Shown: positions 37,301 through 49,800 of the stretch, in pieces | How the letters are laid out: each line of letters starts with the position of its first letter | Position numbering within the stretch: the first letter of the stretch is position 1 | Made by a program: the position numbers and the translations under genes | The notes under the pieces: generated by a model | The model's database searches: none | What the model was told of the DNA's origin: nothing | Seen by the model: the letters and a program-made list of their open reading frames with translations, nothing else | Source: Auanema rhodensis | Taxonomy: Eukaryota; Animalia; Nematoda | Direction: 5' to 3' | Assembly: GCA_964057225.1 (NCBI GenBank) | Contig: OZ059894.1 | Span: 4,402,001 to 4,466,000, forward strand | Length of the DNA: 64,000 bases

Positions 37301-40300
37301 TTTCGTTGAATAACATTGTCCATCATCTTTGCCATGAAAAAAGGAATCTAAAAACATCTACTTTTCGCTAAATTATTTTGAAATTTTTTGAAAAAATTTT
37401 TGTCAAAATGTTTTTGGAAGCAATGTTGAGTGTACATGGAAACTCAACATACACTAATGCATCATTTTTCAAACGATCATAACTAATTTTTGTATCAAGC
37501 GTTTCTCAATGTAGTTTAGTGCATTCGATGCGGATTTTTAAGCTGCGTCGATCTGTGTTATCAGATTTGCGCTAGCTTAAAAATGCACCGAGATATCAAC
37601 TGATATAAGTTCACACTTATATCCTCGATTTTCACCCTGAAGGAATAATTTTTTCGTTGAATAACATTGTCCATCGTCTTTGCCTTGAAAAATGGAATCT
37701 AAAAACATCTACTTTTTGCTAAATTATTTTGAAATTTTTCGAAAAAATTTTTGTCAAAATGTTTTTGGAAGCAATGTTGAGTGTACATGGAAACTCAACA
37801 TACACTAATGCATCATTTTTCAAACGATCATAACTAATTTTTGTATTGAGCGTTTCTCAATGTAGTATAGTGCATTCGATGCGGATTTTTAAGCTGCGTC
37901 GATCTGTGTTATCAGATGTGCGCTAGCTTAAAAATGCACCGAGATATCAACTGATATAAGTTCACACTTATATCCTCGATTTTCACCCTGAAGAATTAAT
38001 TTTTTCGTTGAATAACATTGTCCATCGTCTTTGCCTTGAAAAAAGGAATCTAAAAACATCTACTTTTTGCTAAATTATTTTGAAATTTTTCGAAAAAATT
38101 TTTGTCAAAATGTTTTTGGAAGCAGTGTTGAGTGTACATGGAAACTCAACATACACTAATGCATCATTTTTCAAACGATCATAACTAATTTTTGTATCAA
38201 GCGTTTCTCAATGTAGTTTAGTGCATTCGATGCGGATTTTTAAGCTGCGTCGATCTGTGTTATCAGATGTGCGCTAGCTTAAAAATGCACCGAGATATCA
38301 ACTGATATAAGTTCACACTTATATCCTCGATTTTCACCCTGAAGGAATACTTTTTTCGTTGAATAACATTGTCCATCGTCTTTGCCATGAAAAAAGGAAT
38401 CTAAAAACATCTACTTTTCGCTAAATTATTTTGAAATTTTTCGAAAAAATTTTTGTCAAAATGTTTTTGGAAGCAATGTTGAGTGTACATGGAAACTCAA
38501 CATACACTAATGCATCATTTTTCAAACGATCATAACTAATTTTTGTATCAAGCGTTTCTCAATGTAGTTTAGTGCATTCGATGCGGATTTTTAAGCTGCG
38601 TCGATCTGTGTTATCAGATTTGCGCTAGCTTAAAAATGCACCGAGATATCAACTGATATAAGTTCACACTTATATCCTCGATTTTCACCCTGAAGGAATA
38701 ATTTTTTCGTTGAATAACATTGTCCATCGTCTTTGCCTTGAAAAATGGAATCTAAAAACATCTACTTTTTGCTAAATTATTTTGAAATTTTTCGAAAAAA
38801 TTTTTGTCAAAATGTTTTTGGAAGCAATGTTGAGTGTACATGGAAACTCAACATACACTAATGCATCATTTTTCAAACGATCATAACTAATTTTTGTATC
38901 AAGCGTTTCTCAATGTAGTTTAGTGCATTCGATGCGGATTTTTAAGCTGCGTCGATCTGTGTTATCAGATTTGCGCTAGCTTAAAAATGCACCGAGATAT
39001 CAACTGATATAAGTTCACACTTATATCCTCGATTTTCACCCTGAAGGAATAATTTTTTCGTTGAATAACATTGTCCATCGTCTTTGCCTTGAAAAATGGA
39101 ATCTAAAAACATCTACTTTTTGCTAAATTATTTTGAAATTTTTCGAAAAAATTTTTGTCAAAATGTTTTTGGAAGCAATGTTGAGTGTACATGGAAACTC
39201 AACATACACTAATGCATCATTTTTCAAACGATCATAACTAATTTTTGTATTGAGCGTTTTTCAATGTAGTATAGTGCATTCGATGCGGATTTTTAAGCTG
39301 CGTCGATCTGTGTTATCAGATGTGCGCTAGCTTAAAAATGCACCGAGATATCAACTGATATAAGTTTACACTTATATCCTCGATTTTCACCCTGAAGAAT
39401 TAATTTTTTCGTTGAATAACATTGTCCATCGTCTTTGCCTTGAAAAAAGGAATCTAAAAACATCTACTTTTTGCTAAATTATTTTGAAATTTTTCGAAAA
39501 AATTTTTGTCAAAATGTTTTTGGAAGCAGTGTTGAGTGTACATGGAAACTCAACATACACTAATGCATCATTTTTCAAACGATCATAACTAATTTTTGTA
39601 TCAAGCGTTTCTCAATGTAGTATAGTGCATTCGATGCGGATTTTTAAGCTGCGTCGATCTGTGTTATCAGATTTGCGCTAGCTTAAAAATGCACCAAGAT
39701 ATCAACTGATATAAGTTCACACTTATATCCTCGATTTTCACCCTGAAGAATTAATTTTTTCGTTGAATAACATTGTCCATCGTCTTTGCCTTGAAAAAAG
39801 GAATCTAAAAACATCTACTTTTTGCTAAATTATTCTGAAATTTTTCGAAAAAATTTTTGTCAAAATGTTTTTGGAAGCAATGTTGAGTGTACATGGAAAC
39901 TCAACATACACTAATGCATCATTTTTCAAACGATCATAACTAATTTTTGTATTGAGCGTTTCTCAATGTAGTATAGTGCATTCGATCCGGATTTTCAAGT
40001 TGCGTCGATCTGTGTTATCAGATTTGCGCTAGCTTAAAAATGCACCGAGATATCAACTGATATAAGTTCACACTTATATCCTCGATTTTCACCCTGAAGG
40101 AATAATTTTTTCGTTGAATAACATTGTCCATCGTCTTTGCCTTGAAAAATGGAATCTAAAAACATCTACTTTTTGCTAAATTATTTTGAAATTTTTCGAA
40201 AAAATTTTTGTCAAAATGTTTTTGGAAGCAATGTTGAGTGTACATGGAAACTCAACATACACTAATGCATCATTTTTCAAACGATCATAACTAATTTTTG

Positions 40301-41038
40301 TATCAAGCGTTTCTCAATGTAGTTTAGTGCATTCGATGCGGATTTTTAAGCTGCGTCGATCTGTGTTATCAGATTTGCGCTAGCTTAAAAATGCACCGAG
40401 ATATCAACTGATATAAGTTCACACTTATATCCTCGATTTTCACCCTGAAGAATTAATTTTTTCGTTGAATAACATTGTCCATCGTCTTTGCCATAAAAAA
40501 AGGAATCTAAAAACATCTACTTTTTGCTAAATTATTTTGAAATTTTTCGAAAAAATTTTTGTCAAAATGTTTTTGGAAGCATTGTTGAGTGTACATGGAA
40601 ACTCAACATACACTAATGCATCATTTTTCAAACGATCATAACTAATTTTTGTATTAAGCGTTTCTCAATGTAGTATAGTGCATTCGATGCGGATTTTTAA
40701 GCTGCGTCGATCTGTGTTATCAGATTTGCGCTAGCTTAAAAATGCACCGAGATATCAACTGATATAAGTTCACACTTATATCCTCGATTTTCACCCTGAA
40801 GGAATAATTTTTTTTGTTGAATAACATTGTCCATCGTCTTTGCCTTGAAAAATGGAATCTAAAAACATCTACTTTTTGCTAAATTATTTTGAAATTTTTC
40901 GAAAAAATTTTTGTCAAAATGTTTTTGGAAGCAATGTTGAGTGTACATGGAAACTCAACATACACTAATGCATCATTTTTCAAACGATCATAACTAATTT
41001 TTGTATCAAGCGTTTCTCAATGTAGTTTAGTGCATTCG

Positions 41039-43846
41039 ATGCGGATTTTTAAGCTGCGTCGATCTGTGTTATCAGATGTGCGCTAGCTTAAAAATGCACC
41101 GAGATATCAACTGATATAAGTTCACACTTATATCCTCGATTTTCATTCTGAAGGAATAATTTTTTCGTTGAATAACATTGTCCATCGTCTTTGCCTTGAA
41201 AAATGAAATCTAAAAACATCTACTTTTTGCTAAATTATTTTGAAATTTTTCGAAAAAATTTTTGTCAAAATGTTTTTGGAAGCAATGTTGAGTGTACATG
41301 GAAACTCAACATACACTAATGCATCATTTTTCAAACGATCATAACTAATTTTTGTATTAAGCGTTCTTCAATGTAGTATAGTGCATTCGATGCGGATTTT
41401 TAAGCTGCGTCGATCTGTGTTATCAGATTTGCGCTAGCTTAAAAATGCACCGAGATATCAACTGATATAAGTTCACACTTATATCCTCGATTTTCACCCT
41501 GAAGGAATAATTTTTTCGTTGAATAACATTGTCCATCGTCTTTGCCTTGAAAAATGGAATCTAAAAACATCTACTTTTTGCTAAATTATTTTGAAATTTT
41601 TCGAAAAAATTTTTGTCAAAATGTTTTTGGAAGCAATGTTGAGTGTACATGGAAACTCAACATACACTAATGCATCATTTTTCAAACGATCATAACTAAT
41701 TTTTGTATCAAGCGTTTCTCAATGTAGTTTAGTGCATTCGATGCGGATTTTTAAGCTGCGTCGATCTGTGTTATCAGATTTGCGCTAGCTTAAAAATGCA
41801 CCGAGATATCAACTGATATAAGTTCACACTTATATCCTCGATTTTCACCCTGAAGAATTAATTTTTTCGTTGAATAACATTGTCCATCGTCTTTGCCATG
41901 AAAAAAGGAATCTAAAAACATCTACTTTTTGCTAAATTATTTTGAAATTTTTCGAAAAAATTTTTGTCAAAATGTTTTTGGAAGCATTGTTGAGTGTACA
42001 TGGAAACTCAACATACACTAATGCATCATTTTTCAAACGATTATAACTAATTTTTGTATTAAGCGTTTCTCAATGTAGTATAGTGCATTCGATGCGGATT
42101 TTTAAGCTGCGTCGATCTGTGTTATCAGATTTGCGCTAGCTTAAAAATGCACCGAGATATCAACTGATATAAGTTCACACTTATATCCTCGATTTTCACC
42201 CTGAAGGAATACTTTTTTCGTTGAATAACATTGTCCATCGTCTTTGCCATGAAAAAAGGAATCTAAAAACATCTACTTTTCGCTAAATTATTCTGAAATT
42301 TTTCGAAAAAATTTTTGTCAAAATGTTTTTGGAAGCAATGTTGAGTGTACATGGAAACTCAACATACACTAATGCATCATTTTTCAAACGATCATAACTA
42401 ATTTTTGTATCAAGCGTTTCTCAATGTAGTTTAGTGCATTCGATGCGGATTTTTAAGCTGCGTCGATCTGTGTTATCAGATGTGCGCTAGCTTAAAAATG
42501 CACCGAGATATCAACTGATATAAGTTCACACTTATATCCTCGATTTTCATTCTGAAGGAATAATTTTTTCGTTGAATAACATTGTCCATCGTCTTTGCCT
42601 TGAAAAATGAAATCTAAAAATATCTACTTTTTGCTAAATTATTTTGAAATTTTTCGAAAAAATTTTTGTCAAAATGTTTTTGGAAGCAATGTTGAGTGTA
42701 CATGGAAACTCAACATACACTAATGCATCATTTTTCAAACGATCATAACTAATTTTTGTATTAAGCGTTCTTCAATGTAGTATAGTGCATTCGATGCGGA
42801 TTTTTAAGCTGCGTCGATCTGTGTTATCAGATTTGCGCTAGCTTAAAAATGCACCGAGATATCAACTGATATAAGTTCACACTTATATCCTCGATTTTCA
42901 CCCTGAAGGAATAATTTTTTCGTTGAATAACATTGTCCATCGTCTTTGCCTTGAAAAATGGAATCTAAAAACATCTACTTTTTGCTAAATTATTTTGAAA
43001 TTTTTCGAAAAAATTTTTGTCAAAATGTTTTTGGAAGCAATGTTGAGTGTACATGGAAACTCAACATACACTAATGCATCATTTTTCAAACGATCATAAC
43101 TAATTTTTGTATCAAGCGTTTCTCAATGTAGTTTAGTGCATTCGATGCGGATTTTTAAGCTGCGTCGATCTGTGTTATCAGATTTGCGCTAGCTTAAAAA
43201 TGCACCGAGATATCAACTGATATAAGTTCACACTTATATCCTCGATTTTCACCCTGAAGAATTAATTTTTTCGTTGAATAACATTGTCCATCGTCTTTGC
43301 CATGAAAAAAGGAATCTAAAAACATCTACTTTTTGCTAAATTATTTTGAAATTTTTCGAAAAAATTTTTGTCAAAATGTTTTTGGAAGCATTGTTGAGTG
43401 TACATGGAAACTCAACATACACTAATGCATCATTTTTCAAACGATTATAACTAATTTTTGTATTAAGCGTTTCTCAATGTAGTATAGTGCATTCGATGCG
43501 GATTTTTAAGCTGCGTCGATCTGTGTTATCAGATTTGCGCTAGCTTAAAAATGCACCGAGATATCAACTGATATAAGTTCACACTTATATCCTCGATTTT
43601 CACCCTGAAGGAATAATTTTTTCGTTGAATAACATTGTCCATCGTCTTTGCCATGAAAAAAGGAATCTAAAAACATCTACTTTTCGCTAAATTATTTTGA
43701 AATTTTTCGAAAAAATTTTTGTCAAAATGTTTTTGGAAGCAATGTTGAGTGTACATGGAAACTCAACATACACTAATGCATCATTTTTCAAACGATCATA
43801 ACTAATTTTTGTATCAAGCGTTTCTCAATGTAGTATAGTGCATTCG
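41039..43846. repeat. Tandem 4-monomer duplication (M118-121 / M122-125), 1404-bp period
   Basis: Private variants cattctg and cgattata each occur twice, 1404 bp apart. Confidence 0.8.
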
Positions 43847-46800
43847 ATGCGGATTTTTAAGCTGCGTCGATCTGTGTTATCAGATTTGCGCTAGCTTAAA
43901 AATGCACCGAGATATCAACTGATATAAGTTCACACTTATATCCTCGATTTTCACCCTGAAGGAATAATTTTTTCGTTGAATAACATTGTCCATCGTCTTT
44001 GCCATGAAAAAAGGAATCTAAAAACATCTACTTTTCGCTAAATTATTTTGAAATTTTTCGAAAAAATTTTTGTCAAAATGTTTTTGGAAGCAATGTTGAG
44101 TGTACATGGAAACTCAACATACACTAATGCATTATTTTTCAAACGATCATAACTAATTTTTGTATCAAGCGTTTCTCAATGTAGTTTAGTGCATTCGATG
44201 CGGATTTTTAAGCTGCGTCGATCTGTGTTATCAGATTTGCGCTAGCTTAAAAATGCACCGAGATATCAACTGATATAAGTTCACACTTATATCCTCGATT
44301 TTCACCCTGAAGGAATAATTTTTTCGTTGAATAACATTGTCCATCGTCTTTGCCTTGAAAAATGGAATCTAAAAACATCTACTTTTTGCTAAATTATTTT
44401 GAAATTTTTCGAAAAAATTTTTGTCAAAATGTTTTTGGAAGCAATGTTGAGTGTACATGGAAACTCAACATACACTAATGCATCATTTTTCAAACGATCA
44501 TAACTAATTTTTGTATCAAGCGTTTCTCAATGTAGTTTAGTGCATTCGATGCGGATTTTTAAGCTGCGTCGATCTGTGTTATCAGATTTGCGCTAGCTTA
44601 AAAATGCACCGAGATATCAACTGATATAAGTTCACACTTATATCCTCGATTTTCACCCTGAAGGAATAATTTTTTCGTTGAATAACATTGTCCATCGTCT
44701 TTGCCTTGAAAAATGGAATCTAAAAACATCTACTTTTTGCTAAATTTTTTTGAAATTTTTCGAAAAAATTTTTGTCAAAATGTTTTTGGAAGCAATGTTG
44801 AGTGTACATGGAAACTCAACATACACTAATGCATCATTTTTCAAACGATCATAACTAATTTTTGTATCAAGCGTTTCTCAATGTAGTTTAGTGCATTCGA
44901 TGCGGATTTTTAAGCTGCGTCGATCTGTGTTATCAGATGTGCGCTAGCTTAAAAATGCACCGAGATATCAACTGATATAAGTTCACACTTATATCCTCGA
45001 TTTTCACCCTGAAGGAATAATTTTTTCGTTGAATAACATTGTCCATCGTCTTTGCCATGAAAAAAGGAATCTAAAAACATCTACTTTTCGCTAAATTATT
45101 TTGAAATTTTTCGAAAAAATTTTTGTCAAAATGTTTTTGGAAGCAATGTTGAGTGTACATGGAAACTCAACATACACTAATGCATCATTTTTCAAACGAT
45201 CATAACTAATTTTTGTATTAAGCGTTTCTCAATGTAGTATAGTGCATTCGATGCGGATTTTTAAGCTGCGTCGATCTGTGTTATCAGATTTGCGCTAGCT
45301 TAAAAATGCACCGAGATATCAACTGATATAAGTTCACACTTATATCCTCGATTTTCACCCTGAAGGAATAATTTTTTTTGTTGAATAACATTGTCCATCG
45401 TCTTTGCCTTGAAAAATGGAATCTAAAAACATCTACTTTTTGCTAAATTATTTTGAAATTTTTCGAAAAAATTTTTGTCAAAATGTTTTTGGAAGCAATG
45501 TTGAGTGTACATGGAAACTCAACATACACTAATGCATCATTTTTCAAACGATCATAACTAATTTTTGTATCAAGCGTTTCTCAATGTAGTTTAGTGCATT
45601 CGATGCGGATTTTTAAGCTGCGTCGATCTGTGTTATCAGATGTGCGCTAGCTTAAAAATGCACCGAGATATCAACTGATATAAGTTCACACTTATATCCT
45701 CGATTTTCACCCTGAAGGAATAATTTTTTCGTTGAATAACATTGTCCATCGTCTTTGCCTTGAAAAATGAAATCTAAAAACATCTACTTTTTGCTAAATT
45801 ATTTTGAAATTTTTCGAAAAAATTTTTGTCAAAATGTTTTTGGAAGCAATGTTGAGTGTACATGGAAACTCAACATACACTAATGCATCATTTTTCAAAC
45901 GATCATAACTAATTTTTGTATTAAGCGTTCTTCAATGTAGTATAGTGCATTCGATGCGGATTTTTAAGCTGCGTCGATCTGTGTTATCAGATTTGCGCTA
46001 GCTTAAAAATGCACCGAGATATCAACTGATATAAGTTCACACTTATATCCTCGATTTTCACCCTGAAGGAATAATTTTTTCGTTGAATAACATTGTCCAT
46101 CGTCTTTGCCTTGAAAAATGGAATCTAAAAACATCTACTTTTTGCTAAATTATTTTGAAATTTTTCGAAAAAATTTTTGTCAAAATGTTTTTGGAAGCAA
46201 TGTTGAGTGTACATGGAAACTCAACATACACTAATGCATCATTTTTCAAACGATCATAACTAATTTTTGTATTAAGCGTTCTTCAATGTAGTATAGTGCA
46301 TTCGATGCGGATTTTTAAGCTGCGTCGATCTGTGTTATCAGATTTGCGCTAGCTTAAAAATGCACCGAGATATCAACTGATATAAGTTCACACTTATATC
46401 CTCGATTTTCACCCTGAAGGAATAATTTTTTCGTTGAATAACATTGTCCATCGTCTTTGCCTTGAAAAATGGAATCTAAAAACATCTACTTTTTGCTAAA
46501 TTATTTTGAAATTTTTCGAAAAAATTTTTGTCAAAATGTTTTTGGAAGCAATGTTGAGTGTACATGGAAACTCAACATACACTAATGCATCATTTTTCAA
46601 ACGATCATAACTAATTTTTGTATCAAGCGTTTCTCAATGTAGTTTAGTGCATTCGATGCGGATTTTTAAGCTGCGTCGATCTGTGTTATCAGATTTGCGC
46701 TAGCTTAAAAACGCACCGAGATATCAACTGATATAAGTTCACACTTATATCCTCGATTTTCACCCTGAAGAATTAATTTTTTCGTTGAATAACATTGTCC

Positions 46801-49800
46801 ATCGTCTTTGCCATGAAAAAAGGAATCTAAAAACATCTATTTTTTGCTAAATTATTTTGAAATTTTTCGAAAAAATTTTTGTCAAAATGTTTTTGGAAGC
46901 ATTGTTGAGTGTACATGGAAACTCAACATACACTAATGCATCATTTTTCAAACGATCATAACTAATTTTTGTATTAAGCGTTTCTCAATGTAGTATAGTG
47001 CATTCGATGCGGATTTTTAAGCTGCGTCGATCTGTGTTATCAGATTTGCGCTAGCTTAAAAATGCACCGAGATATCAACTGATATAAGTTCACACTTATA
47101 TCCTCGATTTTCACCCTGAAGGAATAATTTTTTCGTTGAATAACATTGTCCATCGTCTTTGCCTTGAAAAATGGAATCTAAAAACATCTACTTTTTGCTA
47201 AATTATTTTGAAATTTTTCGAAAAAATTTTTGTCAAAATGTTTTTGGAAGCAATGTTGAGTGTACATGGAAACTCAACATACACTAATGCATCATTTTTC
47301 AAACGATCATAACTAATTTTTGTATTAAGCGTTTCTCAATGTAGTATAGTGCATTCGATGCGGATTTTTAAGCTGCGTCGATCTGTGTTATCAGATGTGC
47401 GCTAGCTTAAAAATGCACCGAGATATCAACTGATATAAGTTCACACTTATATCCTCGATTTTCACCCTGAAGGAATAATTTTTTCGTTGAATAACATTGT
47501 CCATCGTCTTTGCCATGAAAAAAGGAATCTAAAAACATCTACTTTTCGCTAAATTATTTTGAAATTTTTCGAAAAAATTTTTGTCAAAATGTTTTTGGAA
47601 GCAATGTTGAGTGTACATGGAAACTCAACATACACTAATGCATCATTTTTCAAACGATCATAACTAATTTTTGTATTAAGCGTTTCTCAATGTAGTATAG
47701 TGCATTCGATGCGGATTTTTAAGCTGCGTCGATCTGTGTTATCAGATGTGCGCTAGCTTAAAAATGCACCGAGATATCAACTGATATAAGTTCACACTTA
47801 TATCCTCGATTTTCACCCTGAAGGAATAATTTTTTCGTTGAATAACATTGTCCATCGTCTTTGCCATGAAAAAAGGAATCTAAAAACATCTACTTTTCGC
47901 TAAATTATTTTGAAATTTTTCGAAAAAATTTTTGTCAAAATGTTTTTGGAAGCAATGTTGAGTGTACATGGAAACTCAACATACACTAATGCATCATTTT
48001 TCAAACGATCATAACTAATTTTTGTATCAAGCGTTTCTCAATGTAGTTTAGTGCATTCGATGCGGATTTTTAAGCTGCGTCGATCTGTGTTATCAGATTT
48101 GCGCTAGCTTAAAAATGCACCGAGATATCAACTGATATAAGTTCACACTTATATCCTCGATTTTCACCCTGAAGGAATAATTTTTTCGTTGAATAACATT
48201 GTCCATCGTCTTTGCCTTGAAAAATGGAATCTAAAAACATCTACTTTTTGCTAAATTATTTTGAAATTTTTCGAAAAAATTTTTGTCAAAATGTTTTTGG
48301 AAGCAATGTTGAGTGTACATGGAAACTCAACATACACTAATGCATCATTTTTCAAACGATCATAACTAATTTTTGTATCAAGCGTTTCTCAATGTAGTTT
48401 AGTGCATTCGATGCGGATTTTTAAGCTGCGTCGATCTGTGTTATCAGATTTGCGCTAGCTTAAAAATGCACCGAGATATCAACTGATATAAGTTCACACT
48501 TATATCCTCGATTTTCACCCTGAAGGAATAATTTTTTCGTTGAATAACATTGTCCATCGTCTTTGCCTTGAAAAATGGAATCTAAAAACATCTACTTTTT
48601 GCTAAATTATTTTGAAATTTTTCGAAAAAATTTTTGTCAAAATGTTTTTGGAAGCAATGTTGAGTGTACATGGAAACTCAACATACACTAATGCATCATT
48701 TTTCAAACGATCATAACTAATTTTTGTATCAAGCGTTTCTCAATGTAGTTTAGTGCATTCGATGCGGATTTTTAAGCTGCGTCGATCTGTGTTATCAGAT
48801 GTGCGCTAGCTTAAAAATGCACCGAGATATCAACTGATATAAGTTCACACTTATATCCTCGATTTTCACCCTGAAGGAATAATTTTTTCGTTGAATAACA
48901 TTGTCCATCGTCTTTGCCTTGAAAAATGGAATCTAAAAACATCTACTTTTTGCTAAATTATTTTGAAATTTTTCGAAAAAATTTTTGTCAAAATGTTTTT
49001 GGAAGCAATGTTGAGTGTACATGGAAACTCAACATACACTAATGCATCATTTTTCAAACGATCATAACTAATTTTTGTATCAAGCGTTTCTCAATGTAGT
49101 TTAGTGCATTCGATGCGGATTTTTAAGCTGCGTCGATCTGTGTTATCAGATTTGCGCTAGCTTAAAAATGCACCGAGATATCAACTGATATAAGTTCACA
49201 CTTATATCCTCGATTTTCACCCTGAAGGAATAATTTTTTCGTTGAATAACATTGTCCATCGTCTTTGCCTTGAAAAATGGAATCTAAAAACATCTACTTT
49301 TTGCTAAATTATTTTGAAATTTTTCGAAAAAATTTTTGTCAAAATGTTTTTGGAAGCAATGTTGAGTGTACATGGAAACTCAACATACACTAATGCATCA
49401 TTTTTCAAACGATCATAACTAATTTTTGTATCAAGCGTTTCTCAATGTAGTTTAGTGCATTCGATGCGGATTTTTAAGCTGCGTCGATCTGTGTTATCAG
49501 ATGTGCGCTAGCTTAAAAATGCACCGAGATATCAACTGATATAAGTTCACACTTATATCCTCGATTTTCACCCTGAAGGAATAATTTTTTCGTTGAATAA
49601 CATTGTCCATCGTCTTTGCCTTGAAAAATGGAATCTAAAAACATCTACTTTTTGCTAAATTATTTTGAAATTTTTCGAAAAAATTTTTGTCAAAATGTTT
49701 TTGGAAGCAATGTTGAGTGTACATGGAAACTCAACATACACTAATGCATCATTTTTCAAACGATCATAACTAATTTTTGTATCAAGCGTTTCTCAATGTA

